Shown one piece after another: positions 24,261 through 35,962 of a stretch of 64,000 nt of DNA; positions within the stretch are counted from its first letter, which is position 1, and each line of letters opens with the position of its first letter. Origin of the DNA: Chara braunii (lineage: Eukaryota; Plantae; Charophyceae); contig BFEA01000005.1 in NCBI GenBank assembly GCA_003427395.1, forward strand, positions 2,655,793 to 2,719,792, given 5' to 3'. The position numbers were made by a program, and so were the translations under genes. The notes beneath the pieces are model-generated. The model did no database searches and had not been told where the DNA came from. It was given only the letters and a program-made list of their open reading frames with translations.

Positions 24261-27200
24261 TGCAATGATCTCTGCAAGATCCAACTCAAAAAACCACATG
24301 CAAATTGGGAGCATTCAGACAAAGAACGCACAAAGCTTGGGCTATGGCCATGAACAGTGCCAATTCAAAATCCCACTCAAAGTACAAATAATATACAAAA
24401 AGAAAGTTCAAGACTGGGCGGTCTCAACCGCTGCAACGCACTCCGGTGAGTACCCGACTTTCTTCCCCTCCGATCTGCTTTTTCTCTCCCTCTTTACTCT
24501 CTCTCTCTCCACTCACATCTCTGCACTGTTCATCCTGCGATGCTCCCTCTACAATGTCCTGGATCTATCCTGAATGCCTCTGTGGTGTGCCTCACAACAA
24601 ACGGGTGGCTATGGCCGCTAAACACTTCATCTCCCCTCTCCTGGCTATGGTGGTCTGTCACAGCCAGGGCACTGGTCTTCTTCCTCCCTTCAGCGCACTT
24701 CTTCGTCCAGGTTGTTAGTCCGCACAAGCTCCAGCAGCGCTTCCACAAATTTGTGAAATGAACAACTGACTGCCCCCCGGCACTGTAGCCCAAAATATAT
24801 AGTTGCAGTGGGCTGGGTGTGCCTGCTTCAATCGGTACTGGCCTCCTTCTGCCTTGCCAAGTTGCTATTTTGGGAAAGTTCCCAACTTCCGTTGGTTGGC
24901 TGCTGCAAATTTTCGACTTTGGGGACTGGCATGCTCCTACAGGTACTGTACTCACTGACCTGCGCCGCCTACACCTACAGACCCTAAGATTCAACTACCG
25001 GTAGGGTCTGGGGACTGCAATAATTAGGGACCTTGGACCAGGGTTTGAGAAAATTTCGAGTGTGAATCCATTCACTCTCGCCGGCCTAACTTCGAGGTCC
25101 TCCGAGAAAAATCAGAACTTCAACGATCATACATGTTCATTCCTCTCCGTGCCCGCTCATAGTATGCCACAACATGAGTGGCTGTTCGAACCAACTCAGC
25201 CCCGGTGAACCAGCGGTCTTCGCTGGGTTCCTGATAAGCATATCTAGCTTTGTACTGTTTCTGCGGTCTCCCTCTACGACCTGTACAAAAGGTATCCTCA
25301 GCTACAATTTTCTCTACATCATATCCTCCGTCCAAATCAGGTGGAATCATAGATCTGCATGAGGGAAATGCATCATTAGTCACACAGGGAAGGAGCTTAG
25401 AAGCATGAAAAACAGGATAGGTGTGCAGATGGGGTGGAATCTCGATGGTGTATGACGGTCCATCTGTGTCACCTTTGACATCTAGCACTTGCCACGGCCC
25501 TCTGCAGGCAGGTAGCAGTTTCTGCGAAATCCCTTCCTCGGGAATAAACTCTTTAGACTTGACCCAGACAAGATCACCTACTGCAAACTGTGAAGGACGG
25601 CGGTGTTTGTTCGCTTGTTCCATCATTTGATGCTGGGCCTTCCGGATGTTCTCAGCCACATGTTGCAGACCCTTCTCATACTGGATGAAGATGCTCATCA
25701 CAATCTACCTGGTCTGGTCTTATATACATACAGAGTACTTGCTGTAGAATCTTGTTCATTTGCTCAGTCTGGCCATTTGTCTTAGGATGGCGTCCAGAGG
25801 ACATAGCTAACTTAGATCCATAGACCTTCATTAAGTGCGGCCATTGTTCCCCTGTGAACCGGGTGTCTCGGTCACTAACTATACTCAACAGGTGACCGTA
25901 ATCCTTGACCCAATGGTTAAAGAACTCTTTGATGACCAAATCTGTCTTTGCTGCAGCGGGTAATGGTACAAAAACAACAAACTTACTAAACCTGTAAACT
26001 ATAACCATGACCTGACTTTTTCCACTACTACTCTTGACCTTAGTATCCATGAGATCGATAGATACAGATTCACCAGGGCCGGATGGGATAGGCAAGGGTT
26101 TCAACAGTCCGAGGAGAGGCTGTGTGGAATTCGTGTTCCTCTGACACGCTTGCCAGCCTTGGACATAAGTGATGCAATCATGCTTCATGCCGGGCCATGG
26201 GTAGGACCTAAGTAGGGTCGCATAGGTCTTCCGCCAACCAAAGTGGTCTTCAGTATCGTGGCATTCCCCTAGGATCAAACTGCGTACCTCTTCATTACGC
26301 GGAATGCAAAGCCTATCATGCACATCAGTCTTTTCAAGGACTTCTTGAGGTCTGATCTGCACCTTCTCTATGAGCGTACTATACACGGGGTCATCAGCGT
26401 ATGCAGCCTTGATCTTTTGCTGCAGATCCGCGCCAGTGTCAAGTTTTTTTTTTTTTTTTTTTTTTTTTTTGTGAGATGATGCTCCAATCTATTCATGGGG
26501 AGCAACATGGCTGGGAACCGGGCCCAGCATCCCTTATCAGAATACAAAAATGAACTACCGGGGCCATTACCCGGCTTTGGCTAAGAACAATTAAAGGAAA
26601 AGGAAAACTCAAAAAACATTCAGAAAATGTGTGTCAACAAGCCTCCCAACCACGAATCAGATAGGTGAAACCTAATCAATCCACCCTCGACCACCACCAG
26701 CATGGCTGTTTTCAGCATGAACCGAAGCTCTTCCAGGCCTCATGCTCCCATCAGGCTAGGTTACAGAGTTGCACCACCTTGCTCCAGCACCGGCCAGCAT
26801 TGCTTCAGTTACGACCCCCGATAACCACTGAGACTGCCCCTGCAAACAGCCCCCCAGATCTCTCTACGAGGCCTCACGCCCCCTCTAAGCTAGGTCACAG
26901 AGTTGCGCCACCTGGCTTTGTCTCCGGCTAGCGTTGCTCCAGCATCGGTCTTCGAGGGCGACCAAATTTTCAACCACCCTACGCAGGATCAAAGATGACT
27001 TGCCAGATATCACCTATTCCTACAACCTCCTCGAGAGGTGAACCAAATGGAAATAATTACTAAACTGGATGTTAGAATTCTTCGAGAGAGATCGCCCCTC
27101 CCTCCCCCTACGCCTCCCCTCTCAGCCCTACACTGCCTCCGCCGAGGCGAGTCTCCCGCTCTCCCTCGGCCCCAATATAGGACCAACCCGCTACCCCACT

Positions 27201-30200
27201 TTCCCCAGGAGCACGCAGTTCCCACCTAAAGCATGCCCCCCCACCCCTTGCCCATTTCTGCCTCCGCTGGGACTGATGTTGACCCACACACCAGCCCCTG
27301 CCCCAAAATAGGGCAACCCCCTACTCCACCCCTACCTTCTTTGAGACATTTACCCCCCACCTTGTGATGCCTCTACAAGATAGAGTTCCCCCCACCCCCT
27401 TCTTACCGTTCAGCCCTCCGGGAACGATCCGATCCGATCCAGCCGAGTACAATTATTCATGACACACTTACCAAAAAGTCAATCGCAATTTGGAAAAGCA
27501 GGGTCTTTTCAAAAATATGCAATAACCCCGAGAACACCCTACATCTTTAAGAACAACCCACTGAAGAAGGCGCAGAGGAGCAGTAAGACTATTACAATTA
27601 TTCCCCTGTCCCTTGCGCCAATCAACTTTTGGCAGCTCCCACCATGTGCACGTATCACCAATTTAAAAGAAGCGACAAACTAATTAACGGAGAGATTCCG
27701 AAGTTTTCGAGTTCCAAGATTAGAAAATCTTGATAGAACTTTACTCGAGACATGTGGAAATTATAGTTGAAATTCAAGGATACGTAGTTATAGAACAGAT
27801 CCCTATGCTGGCGATTCAAAATGGATGATATATGTTTGTGTATATGTGTGTATGTGTGAGCATGTAAATGAGAATGCTTTACTTAGGACACTTCGAAATT
27901 ATAGTCGAAATTCAAGGACATGTGTATGTGTGTACATGTGGATGGTAATTTGGCTGATCAGAAAATAGAAGATAAATTGTATGTTTAGTTTTGTAAATTT
28001 GAGAAGCTAAGTTTATAATTGTGTAAGCACTAGATTAGAGCAAGAATATAGAAAATTAGAAGATGCAAAATTAAAATCAGGGAAATCAATTGGAAAAGGT
28101 AGCCAATGCGAAGAGCGCCACACATGTTCGCACAATATTCTCCTCCTCCATCGCCGCTGTCATTATCCCGTCGCTACCTGCTTCCGTGTCTTCAAAACCG
28201 ATGAACCAGCTGAAATGAACGCCTGAAACCATCAGCTCTTTATGACGCTCCAACTTATAACAAGCCTCCCTTCTCCCACTCCGCATGAGAAGGCGCTCCT
28301 TACTTTCTACCCATGCTGCCCAACCAACCTCCACTAGATTCGTGCATGGGCAAGGGAGCAGGGCCACTACCATGCCCAAGATCTCATGAAGACTATCCTA
28401 TTCACCACGACAACCTCCCCTGCCTCTAGCGTGTCAACCTACAATACCACATAAACGAAGCACGGAGCAATATACCTCTTCAACCTAGGTTATCAAGGCT
28501 GGAAGAACCCTCAGCTGAAGCATCCCGTTCATGGCCACGCCAAACAAACACCGATGGAACCTCGTGCCATCGCCTGCCGCCGTAACCCCCGTTGCCCACA
28601 TCAACTCCTCAATATTTCCCTGCAGGGAGCCGCGCCGACGAGATGCCACCAACTCACGAACTGGCTCATGTCGATAGCGGAGCAGTGCGGCGCTCCCGGT
28701 TGCGCCGCGCCGCAAACTAAAATAAAGGATAAGGTCGCGCCAGCGTCAAGGCAAGTCACTATTGCACCAAAAAAATCTGCATGTCACCTCAATGCATCAG
28801 CGACGACATTATACTTACCCTTGACTAGTTTCAGCTCAAAATCAAACTGATCAATCTCCGTAGCCCACCTAGTCAATTTGGGAGTCATTCGGGCCTAGGT
28901 CTTCAACCAACGCAGTGTCTCATGGTATGAATATACCTTGAAGTGTTGCCCTAACAGGTAATGCCGCCGGTTCTCTAGATCCTGTCGAAGGGCGAAGAGC
29001 TCCCGCTCATAAGTTGAGGCTGCTACCTTCTCACTAGGGAGTCTGCAAGCCATAAATTCAACGGGTCTGTATCCATTTCCATCATCGTGTTGGAGAACAG
29101 CACCAATGCCATACTGGCTAGCATTGGTAGTAACCACAAACGGTAAGGATAGATCAACTACTTTAAGGACCGGGTACTCGATGAGGGAGTTCTCAACTTC
29201 TTGAAGGCTGATGTACAGTCCTTGTCCCAATTCCAAACGGTTTCCTTCTGCAGCAGCCTGCGCCAAGGACCAGCAATGGAAGTGAAATTATGCACGAATT
29301 TCCGGTAGTAGTTGGCCAGTCCTAAGAACGACCACAACTCAGTCAACGTGTGCGGGGTTGGCCAGTCACAAATTGCTGCTATCTTCGCGTCCTCTGGTCT
29401 CACTCCGTCTCCATCTACCACGTGTCCCAAATACAAGACTTGACGCTTCGCCCACTCACACTTCTTCGGGGGTATCTCGAAGTTAGACTCACGCAACTTA
29501 GTCAAGATCTGACGCAGATGATTGTGATGCTCCTCTAGACTCTGACTAAAAATACGAATATCATCTAAATAAACAACAACAAATTTATCTAACCAATCTC
29601 TAAACAAATCATTCATACATCTTTGGAATGTTCTAGGGGGATTAGTCAATCCGAATGGCATAACTACAAACTCGTAGTGTCCATAACGAGTCCTAAAGGC
29701 CGTTTTGTGCTGGTCCTCCGACTGTACCTCAATCTGATGGTACCCCGACTTCAAATCAATCTTGGAGAAATACTTACATCCCTGCACCCTGTCTAACAAA
29801 TCATCAATCCGGAGCAACGGTTCAACATTCGTGACCGTGATAGCATTCAACCCCCGGTAATCAATGCACAACCGCAATTCACCCTCTTTCTTCGGCACAA
29901 ACAAAACCGGTGCATCATATGGCAACGAACTGGGCTTAATCCACCCCTTCTCGACTCATCTAGCTGTCTGTGCAACTCATCAAGTTCCTTGGGGGACATT
30001 CTATAAACCGGGCCCTTGGGGATCTTGCTACCGGGCTCCGTCTCAATCCTGTGCTTGATTTCCCTCTCTACCACTCCGGTTGGCGATTCTCCCACATCAG
30101 CAAACTCTTTCATCAGGTTCTCCACTTGGGGCAATATTTTCTCTTCACCCTTACTCTCTTCACTCACCGGTTTAACATAGGCCACGAAGACCTGATCTTC

Positions 30201-33200
30201 CAACTTCTCCTTCGTCACGTGCCGAGTGAACCAGGGGTACTCATACAACCAACAGACAAGTGGGACTCTAGATCGAACTCGTGGAACAACCTCATCTTCT
30301 TCTTGGCCCCGGTGGGACTAACAGCCTGCACTTATGCTCGCCCAACTTAACGTTCGCCATGGCTGCTTCTCCCCAGTCTGTCCCTAAAATCAGATAAAAA
30401 GGAAGGCTGTCCTCCACTAAGAGGGTAAGGGAATGCAGAAACTTTTCCACCTTTTTCCCCTCCTCTAACCGAAAGTTTGCCTTGATCCCCTCGACGTATT
30501 CCTCCACTCGCATCTCACGATTATCGGCCAGTCTACTCACTACCAGCTTACCCAACTTCTGCACCTTCATTCCTAAGTGCAACTTCTCTCAGTCCTTTCC
30601 TGCTAATAAAACTTCGGGTAGAGCCACTATCCACTAAGGCTCCCACTCGTCCGACTAATCTCTACATCTGCAAAATCAGCTGCCCTCTTCTCTTCTTCAT
30701 TTCAGCCCAGGCGGGGCGACGAGTGATCAGCTCATCACCAATGTTTGTGAGGGAGCCACCTAGAGAGACCCTAACACAAGCAGTCTCTGGACAACTATCT
30801 AGGTGGGGGCCTACATCAGCCTTTGCTGTTGGGTTCCTCGGGTTGGAGGTCTCTCTTGCAGCGCGCGCTTCTTGTAATGTACCCAAGGCCGCAGTAGGAG
30901 CAACTGCCACTCCTACCGGTTGTTGCCTTTTGACGACGATTTCAATATAGGGCACCAGGGAATTAGATGGCTCCCCCTCTCCACATTTAATGCAGGTCCC
31001 TTTCTTGATTCTCTTAAGCCACACGTCCTTGGTTATACCCAACTCCCTCCACTGCCCCCCTTTTGCATGTCCATGGTGCCGTGGGTATCCACGTGGTGCC
31101 GTTCCTCTTTCGCTCGAATTGCCATTGCTGGCAAGGGTGTAATGTCCTCTACCCCTGCCTTGTTGTCGGGGGAACTGGCCGGTGCTACCATGTGGGGGTC
31201 CATAACCCCTACCTCCCTCTGGACAACCTCCATTGTTGCACTCCCCATGATAGCCACGTCCTCTTCCTCCCCAACCACGACCTCCTCTACCTCGGTCGCC
31301 TCTTCCTCCGCGTCCTCCCCCAAGGACTACAGCAGCGAAGTCACCTCCTTCGACTCCACAACTGTCCCCATCTAACCCATATTCTATCTGATCATAAGTG
31401 AGGGCCTCACAACCTCCTTCAACAAACATCACCACTAGGTTGTCCTTGCCCATAATACTCCCCGCAATGGTCTTACCTTTCCAAGCCTTTCCCTTCTCCA
31501 AGTCCTTGTACCAATGACAATTTGCTTCTTGGAGGTACCCAACCTGCTCCACCGCTAACTTACTTAACTTGTTGTAAGTCATGTCATCCTCTTTGATCTT
31601 AGTGTAGAGGTTGCTCTTCATGGAATCAGGGAGGGCTCTCGTGAAGTTGTTCAGAATCTGTTCGGGGGTCAGTCTATAATCCGGGGTCTGCAACAACTCA
31701 TCCATCGTGGCCTTCAAGGCTGACGCACTCTTCTACTTCCTAAGGTGAATGCTGTTCAGCCTGTCTGTGGTCCTCATGACTCTGGTCTTATCCTCAAATC
31801 TACTGCGGATAGCATCTAAGAAGGACTTGAGAGTCGTTGTCTGCAAGTATTCTACCATATCACGACCGCGGCCTGCCGCATTGGCTAGCGATAATGCGAA
31901 ATCTGCAGCAGCACCACTTAGGCACGAAAAAGCCATCAAAACTTTGTCTCCCTCTGGAATGCATTGCGCATATGTGTACGATTGGACTGTCGATTCCCAC
32001 CAATCAAAGTTTTCCTCTCTCTACCCGGAATATGTGTCAGGGAGGTTCACCTTAATTTTTTGTCTCTTAATCAGGCTCCCCCCTACTCCGTTAGCAGGGT
32101 CTCCACCCCCAATGGCCTTTCCACTTCCACTCAAGGCCTTTTCTTTAGCGATGGTACAAACTATCTTCTTGGTGCACAGCTGTTCCAACTGCTTGGCATA
32201 AGAGGAGGTTTGCTCGTTCACCTTGCTGAGAACGGCGACTGTAAAATTCCTCTACTTACCCCGCCGATCTTCTTGATGGGTTTCTATTTTTTCCACAGCC
32301 TTATGGAGCGCAGTGGTTTCCTGGGTGGAGTGCATCACAACGTCGGTGAGGAGGGTCAGCCTAGACTCTACGTCTTCCGTTTTCTCCACTTGCGCTTGCA
32401 TCCTCCTCGCAAGGCTTCTCCTTCAACAACCTTTTCGCCTCTTCACATTCCTTTCTCTTCTGCACCGCCAGTCTAAGCTGTATTTTGGCTTCTCTCTCCA
32501 TTATCAAATATTCTCTCTCCTTTGCCGTAGCATTCTCTACATTCTTTGTAAATGCAGCAATCTCGTCTGCAGTCTCATCCTCAGGCCGCTCTACGCCGTA
32601 ATCAAACTGCGCCGCCCAAACTTCAAGGATGTTATGATCAAAACTTGGGGTGGTCTCATAGCTTCACTCCCGTGCTTCCTCTTCCTTGGGGAGCACATAT
32701 TCCACCATGCCTTCCTCCCCATCTTGCACCTGCAACTCCACCTTTTCCTCTTCTTCTTCAATCTTTTTCTTGTCCTCCTCCAGCTGCCTCAACATCTTCT
32801 CATCCAGCTGTTTCGTCATTTCTTCCTCCAACTTCTTCTTCTCCACCTCCATCTTCTTTCTCAACTCTTCCTCTCTCTTTTTTGCTTGCTCCTCCTTTTT
32901 CTCTTTCAACTGCCGATTTATCTCTGCCTGTTCCTCCGCTGTGTATGGCTTAGTGACTCTGTCGGACTTTGTGACCACAGTCATCCTAGTGGTCCAGTGG
33001 AAACCGTGCAGAAAAATGAACAGGAGGGGCCGCCATATAACGAACATGAAAAGGAGAGCAAACATCGGGTAGTCATCAATGGCGAGACATCGACACAGCG
33101 GTATATACGCTCCACCTCCTCACCACGTAGACAACTTCACTAATCTCAATACTTATCTATACATGACTTGGGGTCTGACTCCACTTGATGGGGTGACGTC

Positions 33201-34304
33201 GGAAATACGTGGAAATTTCACAAAAAACAGCAAAAGGTTCAACAGGCAGGGCTTAAGGCAGAAAACACTTCACGTCGGTCTTCACGATGCTGCTCCGCGC
33301 CGATCTTGGTCTGCTACAGGTATGTAGATCCCGCTCAAATCTTAATTCAACACCTTTTTCCTTCTTTTTCTCGCCTGCTATAGTGAAACCCCGACATACA
33401 CACACCCGTCGGCCTTATCCTTTGCCAGCTTTCTTCCACGCAGTGCAACGGATAACAGCTCATACAAGTGGAATGATCCCCACAAAATCCAACTCAAAAT
33501 ACCACATGCAAATTGGGAGCATTTAGATAAAGAACACACAAGCTTGGGCGATGGCCATGAACAGTGCCAATTCAAAATCCCACTCAAAGTACAAATAACA
33601 TACAAAAAGAAATTTCGGGACTGGGTGGTCTCAACCGCTGCAACACACTCCGATGAGTACCCGACTTTCTCCCCCTCTGATCAACTTCTTCTCTTCTTCT
33701 CTTCCTCTCTTACTCTCTATCTCTCCACTCACATCTTTGCACTGTTCATCCCGCGATGCTCCCTGCTACCGTTCCTCCCTCTACAATGTCTTGGATCTAC
33801 CCTGAATGCCTCTGCGGTGTGCCTCACAACAAACGGGCGGCTATGGCCGCCAAACACTTCATCTCCCCTGTCCTGGCTATGGTGGTCTGTCGCAGCCAGG
33901 GCGCTGGTCTTCTTCCTCCCTTCAGCGCACTTCTTCGTCCAGGTCGCAAGTCCGTACAAGCTCCAGCAGCGCTTCCACAAATTTGTGAAATGAACAACTG
34001 ACTGTCCTTCGACACTGTAGCCCAAAATATATAGTTGCAGTGGGCTGGGTGTGCCTGCTTCGATCGGTACCGGCCTCCGCCGGACTCTGCATTGCCAAGT
34101 TGCTATTTTGGGAAGTTCCCAACTTCCGTTGGTAGGCTGCTGCAAATTTTGGACTTTGGGGACTGGCATGCTCCTACAGGTACTATACTCACTGACCTGC
34201 GACGCCTACACCTACAGACCCTAAGATTCAGCTGCTGGTAGGGTCTGAGGACTGCTATAATTGGGGAACAGGGTTTGAGAAAATTTGTAGTGTGAATCCA
34301 TTCA
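24261..34304 (-). mobile_element. Full-length degenerate Ty3/Gypsy chromovirus-type LTR retrotransposon (element A)
   Basis: LTRs 24261-25074 and 33469-34304 (TG...CA); degenerate PBS at ~33458-33467. Gag 30662-33065, protease ~30290-30660, RT 29158-29925 (VVYLDD), RNase H 28895-29266, integrase 25676-26386 (H..GW, SID.MD, HP.TNGQTE), GPY/F and chromodomain 25120-25701. Flanks CAAG/CAAG. Confidence 0.93.
26444..28735 (-). mobile_element. Non-LTR retroposed insertion within element A pol
   Basis: Poly(T) at 26444-26470; 15-bp TSD CGCGCCAG(T/C)GTCAAG at 26429-26443 and 28736-28750; carries the shared 3' stem-loop. Confidence 0.88.
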
Positions 34305-34314
34305 CAAGGTTTAA

Positions 34315-35493
34315 ACCACCAGTACCTTGCCGTTGTGTTTACAACTCGCGGCAGTTAACGCGCGGCGACTTTCGAGGGTCGGGCGAACGAATGCCCGGTC
34401 GCTGATATTTAAAAAAAAAAAAGAGAAAGGAAAAGAGAAATAACAGAAAAAAAAAGAGATTCGAAACGAAAAAAAAACAAAAGAAAAATGCACTGCGCGC
34501 GGGATGGGGGTAAGACTCAGANNNNNNNNNNNNNNNNNNNNNNNNNNNNNNNNNNNNNNNNNNNNNNNNNNNNNNNNNNNNNNNNNNNNNNNNNNNNNNN
34601 NNNNNNNNNNNNNNNNNNNNNNNNNNNNNNNNNNNNNNNNNNNNNNNNNNNNNNNNNNNNNNNNNNNNNNNNNNNNNNNNNNNNNNNNNNNNNNNNNNNN
34701 NNNNNNNNNNNNNNNNNNNNNNNNNNNNNNNNNNNNNNNNNNNNNNNNNNNNNNNNNNNNNNNNNNNNNNNNNNNNNNNNNNNNNNNNNNNNNNNNNNNN
34801 NNNNNNNNNNNNNNNNNNNNNNNNNNNNNNNNNNNNNNNNNNNNNNNNNNNNNNNNNNNNNNNNNNNNNNNNNNNNNNNNNNNNNNNNNNNNNNNNNNNN
34901 NNNNNNNNNNNNNNNNNNNNNNNNNNNNNNNNNNNNNNNNNNNNNNNNNNNNNNNNNNNNNNNNNNNNNNNNNNNNNNNNNNNNNNNNNNNNNNNNNNNN
35001 NNNNNNNNNNNNNNNNNNNNNNNNNNNNNNNNNNNNNNNNNNNNNNNNNNNNNNNNNNNNNNNNNNNNNNNNNNNNNNNNNNNNNNNNNNNNNNNNNNNN
35101 NNNNNNNNNNNNNNNNNNNNNNNNNNNNNNNNNNNNNNNNNNNNNNNNNNNNNNNNNNNNNNNNNNNNNNNNNNNNNNNNNNNNNNNNNNNNNNNNNNNN
35201 NNNNNNNNNNNNNNNNNNNNNNNNNNNNNNNNNNNNNNNNNNNNNNNNNNNNNNNNNNNNNNNNNNNNNNNNNNNNNNNNNNNNNNNNNNNNNNNNNNNN
35301 NNNNNNNNNNNNNNNNNNNNNNNNNNNNNNNNNNNNNNNNNNNNNNNNNNNNNNNNNNNNNNNNNNNNNNNNNNNNNNNNNNNNNNNNNNNNNNNNNNNN
35401 NNNNNNNNNNNNNNNNNNNNNNNNNNNNNNNNNNNNNNNNNNNNNNNNNNNNNNNNNNNNNNNNNNNNNNNNNNNNNNNNNNNNNNNNNNNNN

Positions 35494-35565
<72 letters not shown>

Positions 35566-35767
35566 CCTGGGCTCGTTCTTCAACAGAACCGACATTGGCT
35601 TTCGTTTTTTTTTTTTTAATCAAGTAATTCGAGCGTTTTTATTTTTCCTTTTTTTTCCCCTTAGTTCAAGGTTCTTTTTCCCAACTACCGGTAGGTGTAG
35701 GCTCGACCAGGGTCGGGCAACTGGTAGCGGGTGGGTTTGGCCTTAATAACCGGAGGGTACTGGTGGT
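34315..35767. mobile_element. TTAA-target TIR element, copy 3 (spans an N-gap)
   Basis: TTAA-ACCACCAGTACC...GGTACTGGTGGT-TTAA; gap at 34522-35493. Confidence 0.75.
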
Positions 35768-35962
35768 TTAAGTATTAGAGAACCGATTTCTTTTCTTTTT
35801 GAAACAACGGTGGGCGTGGCAGGTTTGAGTTCGCAAAGGCAAAAAAAACACGAGTTGGCAAAGAAAACAACTGCCAACTTGGAAACGACAATTTGGGTCG
35901 AAAAGTATCCGTTATGCATTTATTTTATTTTTCTTTTCCCATCTGACACCACGACCGACCCT

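Noticed and set aside
34339-35627. Long ORFs across gaps (also 12339-13129 and 4213-4636)
   Set aside because: Produced by N-runs and (CT)n microsatellites.
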